A stretch of DNA of 64,000 nt from an uncultured bacterium (GCA_965233185.1 CBDDSA010000092.1:1270-65269); one strand, 5' to 3'. Counted from the first letter of the stretch, positions 45,716 through 54,846 are shown. The notes: generated by a model from the sequence alone, not told the origin. Program-made: numbers and translations.

Positions 45716-46704
45716 ACCGCTTACGCCTTGCCTTCGCCTGCTGGGACTACGACCGGATGCGCGCCCTTGCCGACGGCACGGTGCGTCCGGACGGCATCGA
45801 CCTCGTGTACCTCGCCCAGCCGGTGGAGGAGACGTTCTTCCGCATGCTGCGCTATCGCGAGTTCGACGCCTGCGAGATGTCGCTTTCCTCGTACGTCGCG
45901 TCGCTCGCGCGCGACGACCCGGCGTTCATCGCGATTCCCGCATTTCCGTCGCGCTTTTTCCGCCACTCGTGCATCTTCGTATCCGCGAAAAGCGGCATCC
46001 GCAAGCCCGAGGAGCTGAAGGGCCGGCGCGTCGGCGTGCCGGAGTACCAGATGACCGCGCCGGTGTGGATCCGCGGCATCCTGTCCGACGAGCACGGCGT
46101 GAAGGCGAGCGAGATGGAGCATTTCTCGGGCGGCGAGGAAGAGCCCGGGCGCGACGAGAAGCTCAAGCTCAGCCTGCCCGCGGAGATCCGGCTGCGCCCC
46201 ATCGGTCCGGCCCAGACCCTGTCGCGCATGCTGGCCGACGGCGAGCTCGACGCGCTGGTCACTGCGCGGGCGCCCTCGACGTTCTACGGCGAGCCGCAGA
46301 ACGTGCAGCGCCTGTTTCCCGACTACGTCGAGCGGGAAAAGGAGTACTACCGGCGCACCCGGATCTTTCCGATCATGCATACCGTGGTGCTGCGGCGAGA
46401 GCTCTACGAAAAGCACCCCTGGGTCGCGCAGTCGCTGTACAAGGCGTGCCTCGCCTCGAAGGCCAAGGCCTACGCAATGTACAACCAGACCGCGGCCATG
46501 CCTTGCATGCTGCCGTGGACCGTGGCGCACGTCGAGGAGGCGCGCCGCGAGATGGGCGAGGACTGGTGGTCCTACGGCCTCGAGCCCAACCGCCAGGTGC
46601 TCGAGACCTTCCTGCGCTACCACCACGAGCAGGGCCTGTCCAAGCGGCGCTTCGCGCCCGAGGAGCTGTTCGCGAGAGAAACCCTGGAAAGCTACAAGGT
46701 CTGA
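45712..46704 (+). CDS. 4,5-dihydroxyphthalate decarboxylase-like protein
   Basis: 330-aa ORF. VEETFFRMLRYREFDACEMSLSSY and IPAFPSRFFRHSCIFV match the Pht5/OphC-type family as I recall it. Confidence 0.7.
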   Translation: MNRLRLAFACWDYDRMRALADGTVRPDGIDLVYLAQPVEETFFRMLRYREFDACEMSLSSYVASLARDDPAFIAIPAFPSRFFRHSCIFVSAKSGIRKPEELKGRRVGVPEYQMTAPVWIRGILSDEHGVKASEMEHFSGGEEEPGRDEKLKLSLPAEIRLRPIGPAQTLSRMLADGELDALVTARAPSTFYGEPQNVQRLFPDYVEREKEYYRRTRIFPIMHTVVLRRELYEKHPWVAQSLYKACLASKAKAYAMYNQTAAMPCMLPWTVAHVEEARREMGEDWWSYGLEPNRQVLETFLRYHHEQGLSKRRFAPEELFARETLESYKV

Positions 46705-46733
46705 GCGCCCTATCGGACACCATCACCGGCCTC

Positions 46734-47393
46734 ATGTCGCGCAACCCGGCGGAGATCGCGCGCGTGCTGGACAAGGCGAAAGCGGACGAAGTGCCGGTTA
46801 CGGTGTATTTTCCGGGACTCACCTTCGAGTCCCGGCTGCTGCTGGTGGATGTGAAGAACGGCCGCATCGTGCTCGGCCGCAGCGCCCGCGCCGCCGCGGA
46901 CGAAGCGGTGCTGTCGCGCCCGCGCTGCGCTTTCCACTGCGACATGGCGGGCTGGCATATCGAGTTCGTCGCCGCCGCGCCGCGCGCGCTGACGTACAAG
47001 GGGCGCAAGCTGATCGAATGCCGCTTCCCCGAGATCCTGGCGAGCAACCCACGCCGGCAGCACGAGCGGGCTGCGGCGCGCCCGCCGCTCGCGCTGCGCG
47101 TGGAGGCCGATGCCGGCGGCATCATGCCGTTCGAGGCGCGCATCGTCGATCTCGCGCCGGGCGGCATCGGCTTTCTCATCTACGCCGAGAACATCACGCT
47201 GGAGCCGGGCACCGTGCTGCGCGGCTGCCGCATCCAGCTCCCGGGCGGCCCCGCCGCGAGGGCCGACCTGGAAGTGCGCTACTCGGCCTCGGTCACGCTG
47301 CCCAATGGCCGCCGCGCCATGCGCTCGGGCTGCCGCTTCGTCGGGCCCGAGCCGCGCGTGGTGGAGTTCGTGCGCCGCTACTTGAAGGTCTAG
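46734..47393 (+). CDS. PilZ-domain protein (YcgR-like c-di-GMP receptor)
   Basis: 219 codons in the frame of ORF 45642..47393. RxxxR-like RRQHERAAAR and DLAPGGIGF (D.S..G-type) motifs. Confidence 0.65.
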   Translation: MSRNPAEIARVLDKAKADEVPVTVYFPGLTFESRLLLVDVKNGRIVLGRSARAAADEAVLSRPRCAFHCDMAGWHIEFVAAAPRALTYKGRKLIECRFPEILASNPRRQHERAAARPPLALRVEADAGGIMPFEARIVDLAPGGIGFLIYAENITLEPGTVLRGCRIQLPGGPAARADLEVRYSASVTLPNGRRAMRSGCRFVGPEPRVVEFVRRYLKV

Positions 47394-47399
47394 GGCTAG

Positions 47400-48497
47400 C
47401 TAGCGCGGCTCCAGGCGCGCGAGCACGCCGGTATCGTCGGTCAGCAGGTAGAGCAAGCCGTCGGGCGCCGCGCGCACGTCGCGAATGCGGCCGAGGGCGT
47501 TCTGCAGCAGCCGCTCCTCCTTCACGACTTTCTCGCCGTCGAGCTGCAGGCGCACCAGCGTTCGCTCGCGCAGCGCACCGACGAACAGGCTGTCTCTCCA
47601 GCGCGGGAAGCGCTTGCCGGTGTAGAAGGCCATGCCCGAAGGCGCGATGGAAGGCACCCAGTAATGCAGCGGCTGCTGCATGCCGGCCTTGGCGACGCCT
47701 TCGCCGATTTTCGTGCCCAACCCGTAGTTCACGCCGTAGGTGATCACCGGCCAGCCGTAATTCGCGCCGGCGCGCATGACGTTCACCTCGTCGCCGCCCT
47801 GCGGCCCGTGCTCGTGGGTCCACACGAGGCCGGACTGCGGATGCAGCGCCGCGCCCTGCATGTTGCGGTTGCCCAGGGTGAACTTCTCCGGCTTCCAGCC
47901 TGCCTTGCCCGCGAACGGATTGTCGTGCGGCACGCGGCCGTCGTCGTGCAGGCGGATGAGCGAGCCCGCATGGTCGTCGGGGCGCTGCGCGCGCGCCATC
48001 TCGCCGCGGTCGCCGAGCGTGAGGTAAACGAAGCCGGCGCGATCGAACACGATGCGCCCGCCGAAGTGCGCGCCGCGGCTGCCCTTGGGGCTTTGCCGGA
48101 ACACGACTTCCACCTCCTCGAGGCGCCCTGCCTTCAGCTTCCCGCGCGCGAGCTCGGTTCCGAACCCGTCCGGCCCGCGGGCCGCGTACGCGAGGTAAAC
48201 CAGGCGATTAGCGGAAAAATCGGGATGCAAGGCGACGTCATGCAGCCCGCCCTGCCCGTGGACCGCAACCGGCGGCAGCCCCGCCACCGGCTGCGGCTGC
48301 AGCCGCCCCTGCTCGACCACGCGCAGCCGGCCCGCCTTCTCGGCAATCAGCATGCGCCCGTCGGGCAGGAAGGCCATCGACCAGGGCTGCTCGAGGCCTT
48401 CGAGCACGCGCACCAGGCGAAAGTCGTGCAGCTCGGAGCCGAAGGGCTGCGCCCAGGCCGGCGCAACCGCGAGCAGAAAAACGACGATGGCGCGCAT
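47400..48497 (-). CDS. PQQ-dependent soluble sugar dehydrogenase (YliI/Asd-like beta-propeller)
   Basis: 365-aa ORF with a signal peptide. Contains GGLHDVALHPDF, HFGGRIVF, HEHGPQGGDE and NYGWP. Confidence 0.85.
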   Translation of the reverse strand: MRAIVVFLLAVAPAWAQPFGSELHDFRLVRVLEGLEQPWSMAFLPDGRMLIAEKAGRLRVVEQGRLQPQPVAGLPPVAVHGQGGLHDVALHPDFSANRLVYLAYAARGPDGFGTELARGKLKAGRLEEVEVVFRQSPKGSRGAHFGGRIVFDRAGFVYLTLGDRGEMARAQRPDDHAGSLIRLHDDGRVPHDNPFAGKAGWKPEKFTLGNRNMQGAALHPQSGLVWTHEHGPQGGDEVNVMRAGANYGWPVITYGVNYGLGTKIGEGVAKAGMQQPLHYWVPSIAPSGMAFYTGKRFPRWRDSLFVGALRERTLVRLQLDGEKVVKEERLLQNALGRIRDVRAAPDGLLYLLTDDTGVLARLEPR

Positions 48498-48519
48498 GCG
48501 GCGATTCTATAATCGCCGC
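48498..48519. promoter_or_regulatory. 22-bp hairpin/palindrome that fills a 25-bp divergent intergenic region and contains TATAAT
   Basis: GCGGCGATT-ctat-AATCGCCGC, between ATG 48497 (-) and ATG 48523 (+). Confidence 0.35.
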
Positions 48520-48522
48520 AGA

Positions 48523-48992
48523 ATGAAAAAAGCCTGGGTGCTGCTGGCGCTGCTTTCCGGCTGCGCCTCGCTGGACAAGAACGAATGCCGGCACCGCCGA
48601 CTGGTACGCCATCGGGCTGGAGGATGGCGCGCGGCGGCCGCACCGTGGAGCGGCTGGGCGACCACCGCCGCGCCTGCGCCGAGCACGGCGTCGCCCCGCA
48701 CACCGAGCGCTACCTCGCCGGGCGCAGCGAGGGCCTCAAGTCCTTCTGCACCTACGAGCGCAGCACTGCCCGCAGGAGATGCCGGCGGGCTTCATGGCGG
48801 GCTACCAGCGCGGGCGCGAGCTGCACGAGCTCAACCGGCGCCTGGAGGAGACGCGCCGCGAGATCGCGCGCAGCAAGGCCGCGCTCACTGCCGGCCTGCC
48901 CGGCCCGCGCGCGGGCGCTGGAGCTCGAGCGCCTGGAAGCCGCCACGCGCGAGGCCGAGCAGCTCGAAGCGCAGCTCAGGAGCCTGCAATGA
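48523..48992 (+). pseudogene. DUF2799-family lipoprotein gene with about four frameshifts
   Basis: MKKAWVLLALLSGCASLDKNEC, TADWYAIGLEDGAR, TVERLGDHRRACAEHGVAP...FCTYE, CPQEMPAGFMAGYQRGRELHE... and ...LELERLEAATREAEQLEAQLRSLQ lie in alternating frames. Confidence 0.6.
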
Positions 48993-49476
48993 CCCAGAGA
49001 AAGATCGAGTGCTCGCGCGCGTCGACGCGCACGTCGACTTTCTTCTGCGGCTTCCAGTCCCCCATGCCATGCCAGTGCGACACGATGCGCGTGCCGGGCC
49101 TCAGGGCGCGCAGCCGCTCGCGCAGCGCGAGGTTGTAGTCCGGCGACAGGAACAGCATCACCACGCTCGCCTTGCCCAGGTCGGTCTTGAAGAGGTCTTC
49201 GTTGCGGAACTCGATGCGCTCGGCGACGCCGGCCTTGCGCGCGTTCTCGCGCGCCTCGGTGATGCGCTGCGGGTCGACATCGACGCAGGCCGCGCGCGCG
49301 CCGAGCTGCGCGGCGGCAATCACGATGCGTCCGTCGCCGCAGCCCAGGTCGTAGACCACGTCGCCCGCCTTCACCGCGGCGAGGTCGTGCATCGCCTGCA
49401 CCACCGGCATGGGCGTGGGCTCGAAGCGCACGCGGTACTGGGCGAGGGCGAGGCCCCAATAGAGCGCGAGGAGCAT
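48976..49476 (-). CDS. class I SAM-dependent methyltransferase
   Basis: VYDLGCGDGRIVIAAA SAM motif. The start is ambiguous (ATG 49476, 49563 or 49605). 49476 avoids overlap with the divergent MipA gene. Confidence 0.65.
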   Translation of the reverse strand: MLLALYWGLALAQYRVRFEPTPMPVVQAMHDLAAVKAGDVVYDLGCGDGRIVIAAAQLGARAACVDVDPQRITEARENARKAGVAERIEFRNEDLFKTDLGKASVVMLFLSPDYNLALRERLRALRPGTRIVSHWHGMGDWKPQKKVDVRVDAREHSIFLWVIAGS

Positions 49477-49531
49477 CAGCGTGAGAAGTCCAGGGGTGGA
49501 AATCGCAAGCGCATCCCTGCAGAATCGCGAG

Positions 49532-50230
49532 GTGAAAGCCTGCCTGCCCGCATTCGGCCTCATTGTCGGTCTCATTCTATCCCCCGGCGCCCAGGCGCAG
49601 GACACGCTGCTCGGCGCAGGCGTGCGCTCGCGGCCGGACTACGACGGCGCGCGGGAGCAGCAGACCGATGCCGTGCCGGTGATCCGCTACTACGGGCGGC
49701 CCTGGTTTGCGCGCACCACGCAGGGGATCCTGGAAGGCGGCGTGCGCAGCGAGCTCGACCGGGACTTCTGGGCCGGCGCGCAGCTCGCCTACGAGCCCGA
49801 GTTCGACCCGGCCGGCGAAGGCGCCGGCCTGTCGGCGGGGCTGCACCTGGAGTGGGGCCGCCAGCTCGGCCGCGTGCCGCTCACCTTCCTGCTGCGCGGG
49901 CGCCAGCACCTGGACGGCGACCTCGGCGGCCAGGCGGACCTGCGCGTCACCGCCGGCATCTTCGCGCGCGGCGGCCTGCTCGCCGGCGCCTTCGGCCAGG
50001 CCACCTGGGGCACCGAAAGCGCGGTCGCCTCGCGCTACGGCGCGCGCGACTCGGGGCTGCTGCACGTGAGCTTCGGCCTGCTCGCCTCGTACGACCTCGG
50101 CCCGCGCTGGGTGCTCGTGGGGGGCATCGAGCTGCGCCAGCTGTACGACGCCGCCAAGGAAAGCGCCCTCGCCCGGGAGACCTCCAATTACTACGCCACC
50201 GCGGGGCTCGCGTACCGGTTTCCCCGGTAG
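49532..50230 (+). CDS. MipA/OmpV-family outer-membrane protein
   Basis: GTG 49532 gives the signal peptide VKACLPAFGLIVGLILSPGAQA. Contains GAGVRSRPDY.G and ends YYATAGLAYRF. Confidence 0.7.
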   Translation: MKACLPAFGLIVGLILSPGAQAQDTLLGAGVRSRPDYDGAREQQTDAVPVIRYYGRPWFARTTQGILEGGVRSELDRDFWAGAQLAYEPEFDPAGEGAGLSAGLHLEWGRQLGRVPLTFLLRGRQHLDGDLGGQADLRVTAGIFARGGLLAGAFGQATWGTESAVASRYGARDSGLLHVSFGLLASYDLGPRWVLVGGIELRQLYDAAKESALARETSNYYATAGLAYRFPR

Positions 50231-50321
50231 CCTTGTCGCAGTTCCCCTGAAGCCCACTATGCGAACCCGCGGCGGGCAAACGCGCGCCTATATTCGTCCC
50301 CTTCCTTGGAAGGAGAGCACT

Positions 50322-50714
50322 ATGCAAAACCAGCAAAACCAGTTTCTCGACATCTACCGCACCGGGCTGAAAACCACCGCCGACATGATGACCGCCTCCC
50401 TGGAAGGCGCGCAGCAGCTGCAGCGCCAGCAGCTCGAGGCGCTGCACAGCGTTTTCGACGAGCAAGTGAAGTCGGTGCGCGAGCTGGCCGAAGCGAAAAG
50501 CGTGGACGAGTGGGTCGCGGTGCAGACGCGCTTCACCGGCTCCCAGCTCGAGCGGGCGATGGATTTCTGGGCGCAGATGTGGCGCGCCGTCGGCGATAAC
50601 CGCATGGCGATCACGCCGGTCTCGGCCTCCACCTCCGTGGCGAGCGCCATGCGGGAGGTGGCCCAGCAGTCCCAGCAGGAGACGCGCAAGCACCAGGAGC
50701 GCAAGACCGCCTGA
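50322..50714 (+). CDS. phasin-family protein
   Basis: GGAAGGAG Shine-Dalgarno. 130 aa. FLDIYRTGLKTTADMMTASLEGAQQLQRQQLEAL is paralogous to 57208..57606. Confidence 0.7.
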   Translation: MQNQQNQFLDIYRTGLKTTADMMTASLEGAQQLQRQQLEALHSVFDEQVKSVRELAEAKSVDEWVAVQTRFTGSQLERAMDFWAQMWRAVGDNRMAITPVSASTSVASAMREVAQQSQQETRKHQERKTA

Positions 50715-50763
50715 GCGCACACGGCGTATAGTTTCTGCGGTCGCTGAGGATCGAGGAGGAGCT

Positions 50764-51642
50764 ATGCGCACAGTCAGGGTCGCGCCCAAGGGCATGGGGA
50801 TCCACGAGTTCGTGGCCCAGCAGGAGGGCTGTTTCGCCGAAGAAGGTATCGAGGTCGAGTTCGACTGGAAGACCTTTCGCGGCACGCAATCGGGCTGGAA
50901 AGGCGCCCGCTACCTGGAGCGGCCGCAGGACAAGCCGTACACCGAGGCCGGGGACACGAGCCTCATCCAGTGCGCCTGCGTCTGGGGGAGCATCTCCAAT
51001 GCCAGCGCCGGAATGGGGCGCTTCGTGCCGGACTGCTACGGCGTGTCGCCCTGGGCAATTTTCGTGCGCCCCGACTCGAGCATCCGCAAGCCCGAAGACC
51101 TGGCGGATGTGCCGATCTCGGTCGGCATGCGCGCCGGCAGCCACTTCAACGTGCCCTACCGGCTCGAGAAATTCATGCCGCTGGCGCGCATCAAGACCGT
51201 CAACACCGGCGGCTTCGGCGCGCGGCTGAAGGCGCTGCTGGACAAGGAAGTGGAAGCCGCCAGCCTGCTGCCGCCGCAGATCGACATGGCCGAGCAACTC
51301 GGCCTGCGCAAGGTGATCGAAGACAGCTTCCACACCCTGTGGTGGGTGCCGGAGACGGCGAGCCGCGAGGATCTGCGCGCCTACCTGCGGGGCCTCGAGC
51401 GCGCCGAAAAAGCGCTCGACCGGGATCTGGACAAGTACCTGCACCTGTGGAAGATCGCAATCCCGGCGGAATTCGAGAACCTGCATGCGTGGGACTTCAG
51501 CCGCTTCTCGCGCGGAGAGCGCTTCGTCTACCGCGAGCTGCCGCGCAGCGAGTTCGACGAGGTGCTGCAGCAGGTGAAGCGCTGGGGCCTGGACGACTTC
51601 CTCAAGGAACGCAGCTTCGACAAGCTCACCTTCAGGGCCTGA
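50764..51642 (+). CDS. cytoplasmic NMT1/THI5-like (binding-protein fold) protein
   Basis: 292-aa ORF with no signal peptide. Paralogue of 28748..29608. Confidence 0.6.
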   Translation: MRTVRVAPKGMGIHEFVAQQEGCFAEEGIEVEFDWKTFRGTQSGWKGARYLERPQDKPYTEAGDTSLIQCACVWGSISNASAGMGRFVPDCYGVSPWAIFVRPDSSIRKPEDLADVPISVGMRAGSHFNVPYRLEKFMPLARIKTVNTGGFGARLKALLDKEVEAASLLPPQIDMAEQLGLRKVIEDSFHTLWWVPETASREDLRAYLRGLERAEKALDRDLDKYLHLWKIAIPAEFENLHAWDFSRFSRGERFVYRELPRSEFDEVLQQVKRWGLDDFLKERSFDKLTFRA

Positions 51643-51646
51643 ACCT

Positions 51647-51692
51647 AATCGGGGTCAGAGCCCGAATTCGAATTCGGGCTCTGACCCCGATT
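51647..51692. repeat. REP-like element, perfect 46-bp palindrome
   Basis: aatCGGGGTCAGAGCCCGaattcgaattCGGGCTCTGACCCCGatt, between convergent stops 51642 (+) and 51697 (-). Confidence 0.85.
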
Positions 51693-51696
51693 GTTT

Positions 51697-52443
51697 TCAG
51701 GGGCCGAAGTACCAGCCGCCGTTGACGTCGAGGGTCGCACCCGAGACGTAAGCCCCTGCGTCCGAGCACAGAATGGCGACCACCCCTGCGATGTCCTCGG
51801 GTTTTCCTGCCCTTCGAAGCGGAAGCGAGTCTAGGAATGCCTGCGTCACATTGCCCCAGCCCGATTCCTCGATGCGAGGCGTTTTGATGAAGCCCGGGGC
51901 AATGGCGTTGACTGTGACGTTATGCGGCCCCAGCTCGAGCGCCAGGGTCTTGGTGAGCCCGAGGATGCCGCCCTTGGCGGCGGCGTAGTGCACCCCGACG
52001 CGGTCGCTGCCGCGGCGGGCGGCGATCGAGGCGAAATTGACGATGCGCCCGAAGCGGCGCGCCTTCATGCCGGGGGCAAACTCGCGGCACGCGAGGAAAG
52101 CGGTGGTGAGGTTTGCCGCGATCACGCGGCTCCACTGCTTCTCGTCCAGGTCCTCCAGCCGCAGCGACGCCTGCGGCAGCGCCGGCAGCGTGTCCTCGCG
52201 CGTCGGCGCCACCGGTCCGCCGGCGACGTTCACCAGGAAATCGATCGCTCCGACCCGGCCTGCCAGCCTTTCGACATCGTCGGCGTCGGTGAGGTCCGCC
52301 ACCAGCACGCCGTGCGCATCGTGGATGTCGGCGCCGAAAGCCTCGACACCCTCGCGCCGCAGGCGCCCAAGCACCGCTTGGCCGATGCCGCTCGCCGCGC
52401 CGGTCACGAGCGCCCGCTTTCCCCGCAGCGATCGCAGCCCCAT
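51697..52443 (-). CDS. SDR-family oxidoreductase (FabG-like)
   Basis: 248-aa ORF containing TGAASGIG and YAAAKGGILGLTK. Confidence 0.85.
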   Translation of the reverse strand: MGLRSLRGKRALVTGAASGIGQAVLGRLRREGVEAFGADIHDAHGVLVADLTDADDVERLAGRVGAIDFLVNVAGGPVAPTREDTLPALPQASLRLEDLDEKQWSRVIAANLTTAFLACREFAPGMKARRFGRIVNFASIAARRGSDRVGVHYAAAKGGILGLTKTLALELGPHNVTVNAIAPGFIKTPRIEESGWGNVTQAFLDSLPLRRAGKPEDIAGVVAILCSDAGAYVSGATLDVNGGWYFGP

Positions 52444-52469
52444 GGGGCTGCGATGTTAAAGGCAAACGC

Positions 52470-52988
52470 CTAGAAGCGCGTGGTCAGCCCGAGGAAGGCG
52501 CGAATCCCCTTGGTCTTTGCATCAGTGTCGGTGTTGAACAAGCGCAGCGCCGCATCGATTGAGGTGTTCTGCGTAAAGAACATCGATACGCCGCCACCGA
52601 ACTCCCAGCTAAGATCGGTGCCATCATCTAGCCCGGTATCGATGTGCGTGAAGCCGATGCCGCCGTCGACGAAAGGCACCAAGGCCTGAGGGCGCAGGTC
52701 GCCGAAATAGTATTTCGCTCCCACCAGGAAGGTGGTGCTCGCGGAGTCGATACCGCTTCCCTCGAAGCTCGAACGCGCCACCGACGCAGTGGCGAGGGCG
52801 CGAGGCGAAACGAAGTAGCCGTAGCGCAGGTTGAGGTTCAACGATTCCGCCTTTTCGGGCTCATCGACGTCGTCCCATGAGCCGAACAGGGAAGCCTCGT
52901 GGCGCCAGCTGTGCGTCTGCTGCGCGACGGCGCTGGCGGCAGTGCCCGCCAGTGTTGCCGCTAGAACGATTGCCAATGCGTGTTTCAT
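52470..52988 (-). CDS. small outer-membrane beta-barrel protein
   Basis: 172-aa ORF with a signal peptide ...SAVA, an alternating beta pattern and a C-terminal F. Confidence 0.65.
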   Translation of the reverse strand: MKHALAIVLAATLAGTAASAVAQQTHSWRHEASLFGSWDDVDEPEKAESLNLNLRYGYFVSPRALATASVARSSFEGSGIDSASTTFLVGAKYYFGDLRPQALVPFVDGGIGFTHIDTGLDDGTDLSWEFGGGVSMFFTQNTSIDAALRLFNTDTDAKTKGIRAFLGLTTRF

Positions 52989-53108
52989 GTGCGATCTCCG
53001 GAAGAAATGCGGGGAAAGCGCACATGCTAGAGATGCGCCCGCGTGCCGTTGTAGTGCAGCCCTGATTAGGTTGTCGGGAAGCGCTGCGACAAATCGTCGG
53101 CGGAAGCG

Positions 53109-53906
53109 CTACGCAGAGTACGACGCACCGTTGACGTCCACCGTCACCCCGGTCATGTAGGCGGCGTCCTCGGTGCACAAGGCGACGATCAGGGCCGCAG
53201 TTTCGGCCACCGTGCCCACGCGGCCCATCGGGATCTGGGCCAGGGGGCCTTCAGGGCCTTTGCCCTTCCCGGAAACTTCCATCACCTTGCGCAGCCGGCC
53301 GCTGGCGATGACCCCCGGCGCGACGCAATTCACCCTGACGCCGAACTCTCCGAGCTCCAGCGCGAGCTGGCGCGTCATGGCCATGATCCCGGCCTTGGCC
53401 ACGGCATAAGGGCCGCTGGAGCCTTCGGCGCCGGGCGGGATGCCCTTGCGCGCGGCGACCGAGGCGATGTTGACGATGGCCCCGCCGCGCTTTTTCAGGT
53501 GCGGCGCGGCCGCGCGGCAGCAGTAGAAGGCGCTGTCCAGGTTGGCGCCGAGGATGGTGCGCCAGTCGCCAAGCCCGCAGTTGGTCAGCCCGAGGAATCC
53601 ACGGCGCGGCGGCGCTCTCAGGTCTTGCTCGGTGATGCCCCAGCTGCCCCCGACGCAGTTAACGAGGATGTCGATGCGGGCATAAGCGTCAACGACCCGG
53701 CCGACCATCGCCTCCACCGAAGCCGGGTCGGCGACATCGGTCTTGACGCAGAGCCCCTGATAGGCCGCGAAGCCCTCGACGAAGAGATCGGCCACCGCCA
53801 CCTCGCAGCCCTCCTCGATCAGCCCCCCGGCCACCGCGAAGCCGATGCTGTCCGGCTTGGCCGCGCCGGTGACAATGGCGACCCGCTTCACTTCAGATGG
53901 CGACAT
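53109..53906 (-). CDS. SDR-family oxidoreductase
   Basis: 265-aa ORF containing TGAAKPDSIG and YAVAKAGIMAMTR. Confidence 0.8.
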   Translation of the reverse strand: MSPSEVKRVAIVTGAAKPDSIGFAVAGGLIEEGCEVAVADLFVEGFAAYQGLCVKTDVADPASVEAMVGRVVDAYARIDILVNCVGGSWGITEQDLRAPPRRGFLGLTNCGLGDWRTILGANLDSAFYCCRAAAPHLKKRGGAIVNIASVAARKGIPPGAEGSSGPYAVAKAGIMAMTRQLALELGEFGVRVNCVAPGVIASGRLRKVMEVSGKGKGPEGPLAQIPMGRVGTVAETAALIVALCTEDAAYMTGVTVDVNGASYSA

Positions 53907-53909
53907 GCT

Positions 53910-54794
53910 TCACTTCACGATCCGGTTGCGCAGCATGCCGATGCCTTCCACCTCCAGCTCCACCACGTCGCCCGGCTGCAGGAAGCGCATCTGCTCCAGG
54001 CCGCAGCCGTTGCCCACCGTGCCCGAGCCGAAGAACTCCCCCGGGTGCAGCGTCTCGGAGCGCGACGCATGGGCGATGCAATCCTCGAACTTCCAGTGCA
54101 TGTCGCGCGAGTTGCCGCGACCCCACTCCTCGCCGTTCACACGCACCTTCATTTCAAGGTTGTAGGGATCTTTCAGCTCGTCGGTCGTCACCAGACAGGG
54201 TCCCAGGACGTTGGAGTTGTCGAAGTCCTTGCCCTTGCCCGGACCGAGCTGCCCGGCCATCTCCCGGGTCTGCTCGTCGCGCGCGGAAAAGTCGTTGAAG
54301 ATGCTGTAGCCGAAGATGTGCTCGCGCGCCCGCGCCTTCGGAATGTCCTTGCCGGGTTTGCCGATCCAGCAGCCGAACTCCAGCTCGAAGTCCATGCGCT
54401 CGCTGAACGCCGGCCACGGCACCTCGGCGCCGGTGCCGCAGACGTTGAAGCGGTTGGGGTGGTAGAAGATCGGCCGCTCGTACCAGACCTTCGGCACGCG
54501 CGCCTCCGTGCCGCGCAGCCGCGCCACCGCTTCGAAGGCCTGGACCAGGTGCTTTTCGAAGCACAGGAAGTCGCGCATCTGCGGCGGCTGGGGAATCGGC
54601 GCGAGAAGCGTCACCTGCTCCAGAGGATAGCTTGCGGCGCGCCGCTTGAGCGCTTCGGCGGCCCGGTCCAGGCCGTCCTGGCCGGCCTGCACGATGGAAA
54701 GCACACTGGCGATCTGCAGGTCGACGACCGCGCCCCCGGCGAGGGCGCCGGCCGAGGGGGGACGCGTCCCAATCTGAAACGTGACGAGTTTCAT
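53910..54794 (-). CDS. fumarylacetoacetate hydrolase (FAH) family protein
   Basis: 294 codons in the frame of ORF 53910..55319. Contains DFELEFG, FNDFSARD and GKGKDFD. Confidence 0.85.
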   Translation of the reverse strand: MKLVTFQIGTRPPSAGALAGGAVVDLQIASVLSIVQAGQDGLDRAAEALKRRAASYPLEQVTLLAPIPQPPQMRDFLCFEKHLVQAFEAVARLRGTEARVPKVWYERPIFYHPNRFNVCGTGAEVPWPAFSERMDFELEFGCWIGKPGKDIPKARAREHIFGYSIFNDFSARDEQTREMAGQLGPGKGKDFDNSNVLGPCLVTTDELKDPYNLEMKVRVNGEEWGRGNSRDMHWKFEDCIAHASRSETLHPGEFFGSGTVGNGCGLEQMRFLQPGDVVELEVEGIGMLRNRIVK

Positions 54795-54846
54795 GGCCGT
54801 TTTGATAATACACTTGGGCTCATTTTCCGAGGCGGAGGAGGCAGCC

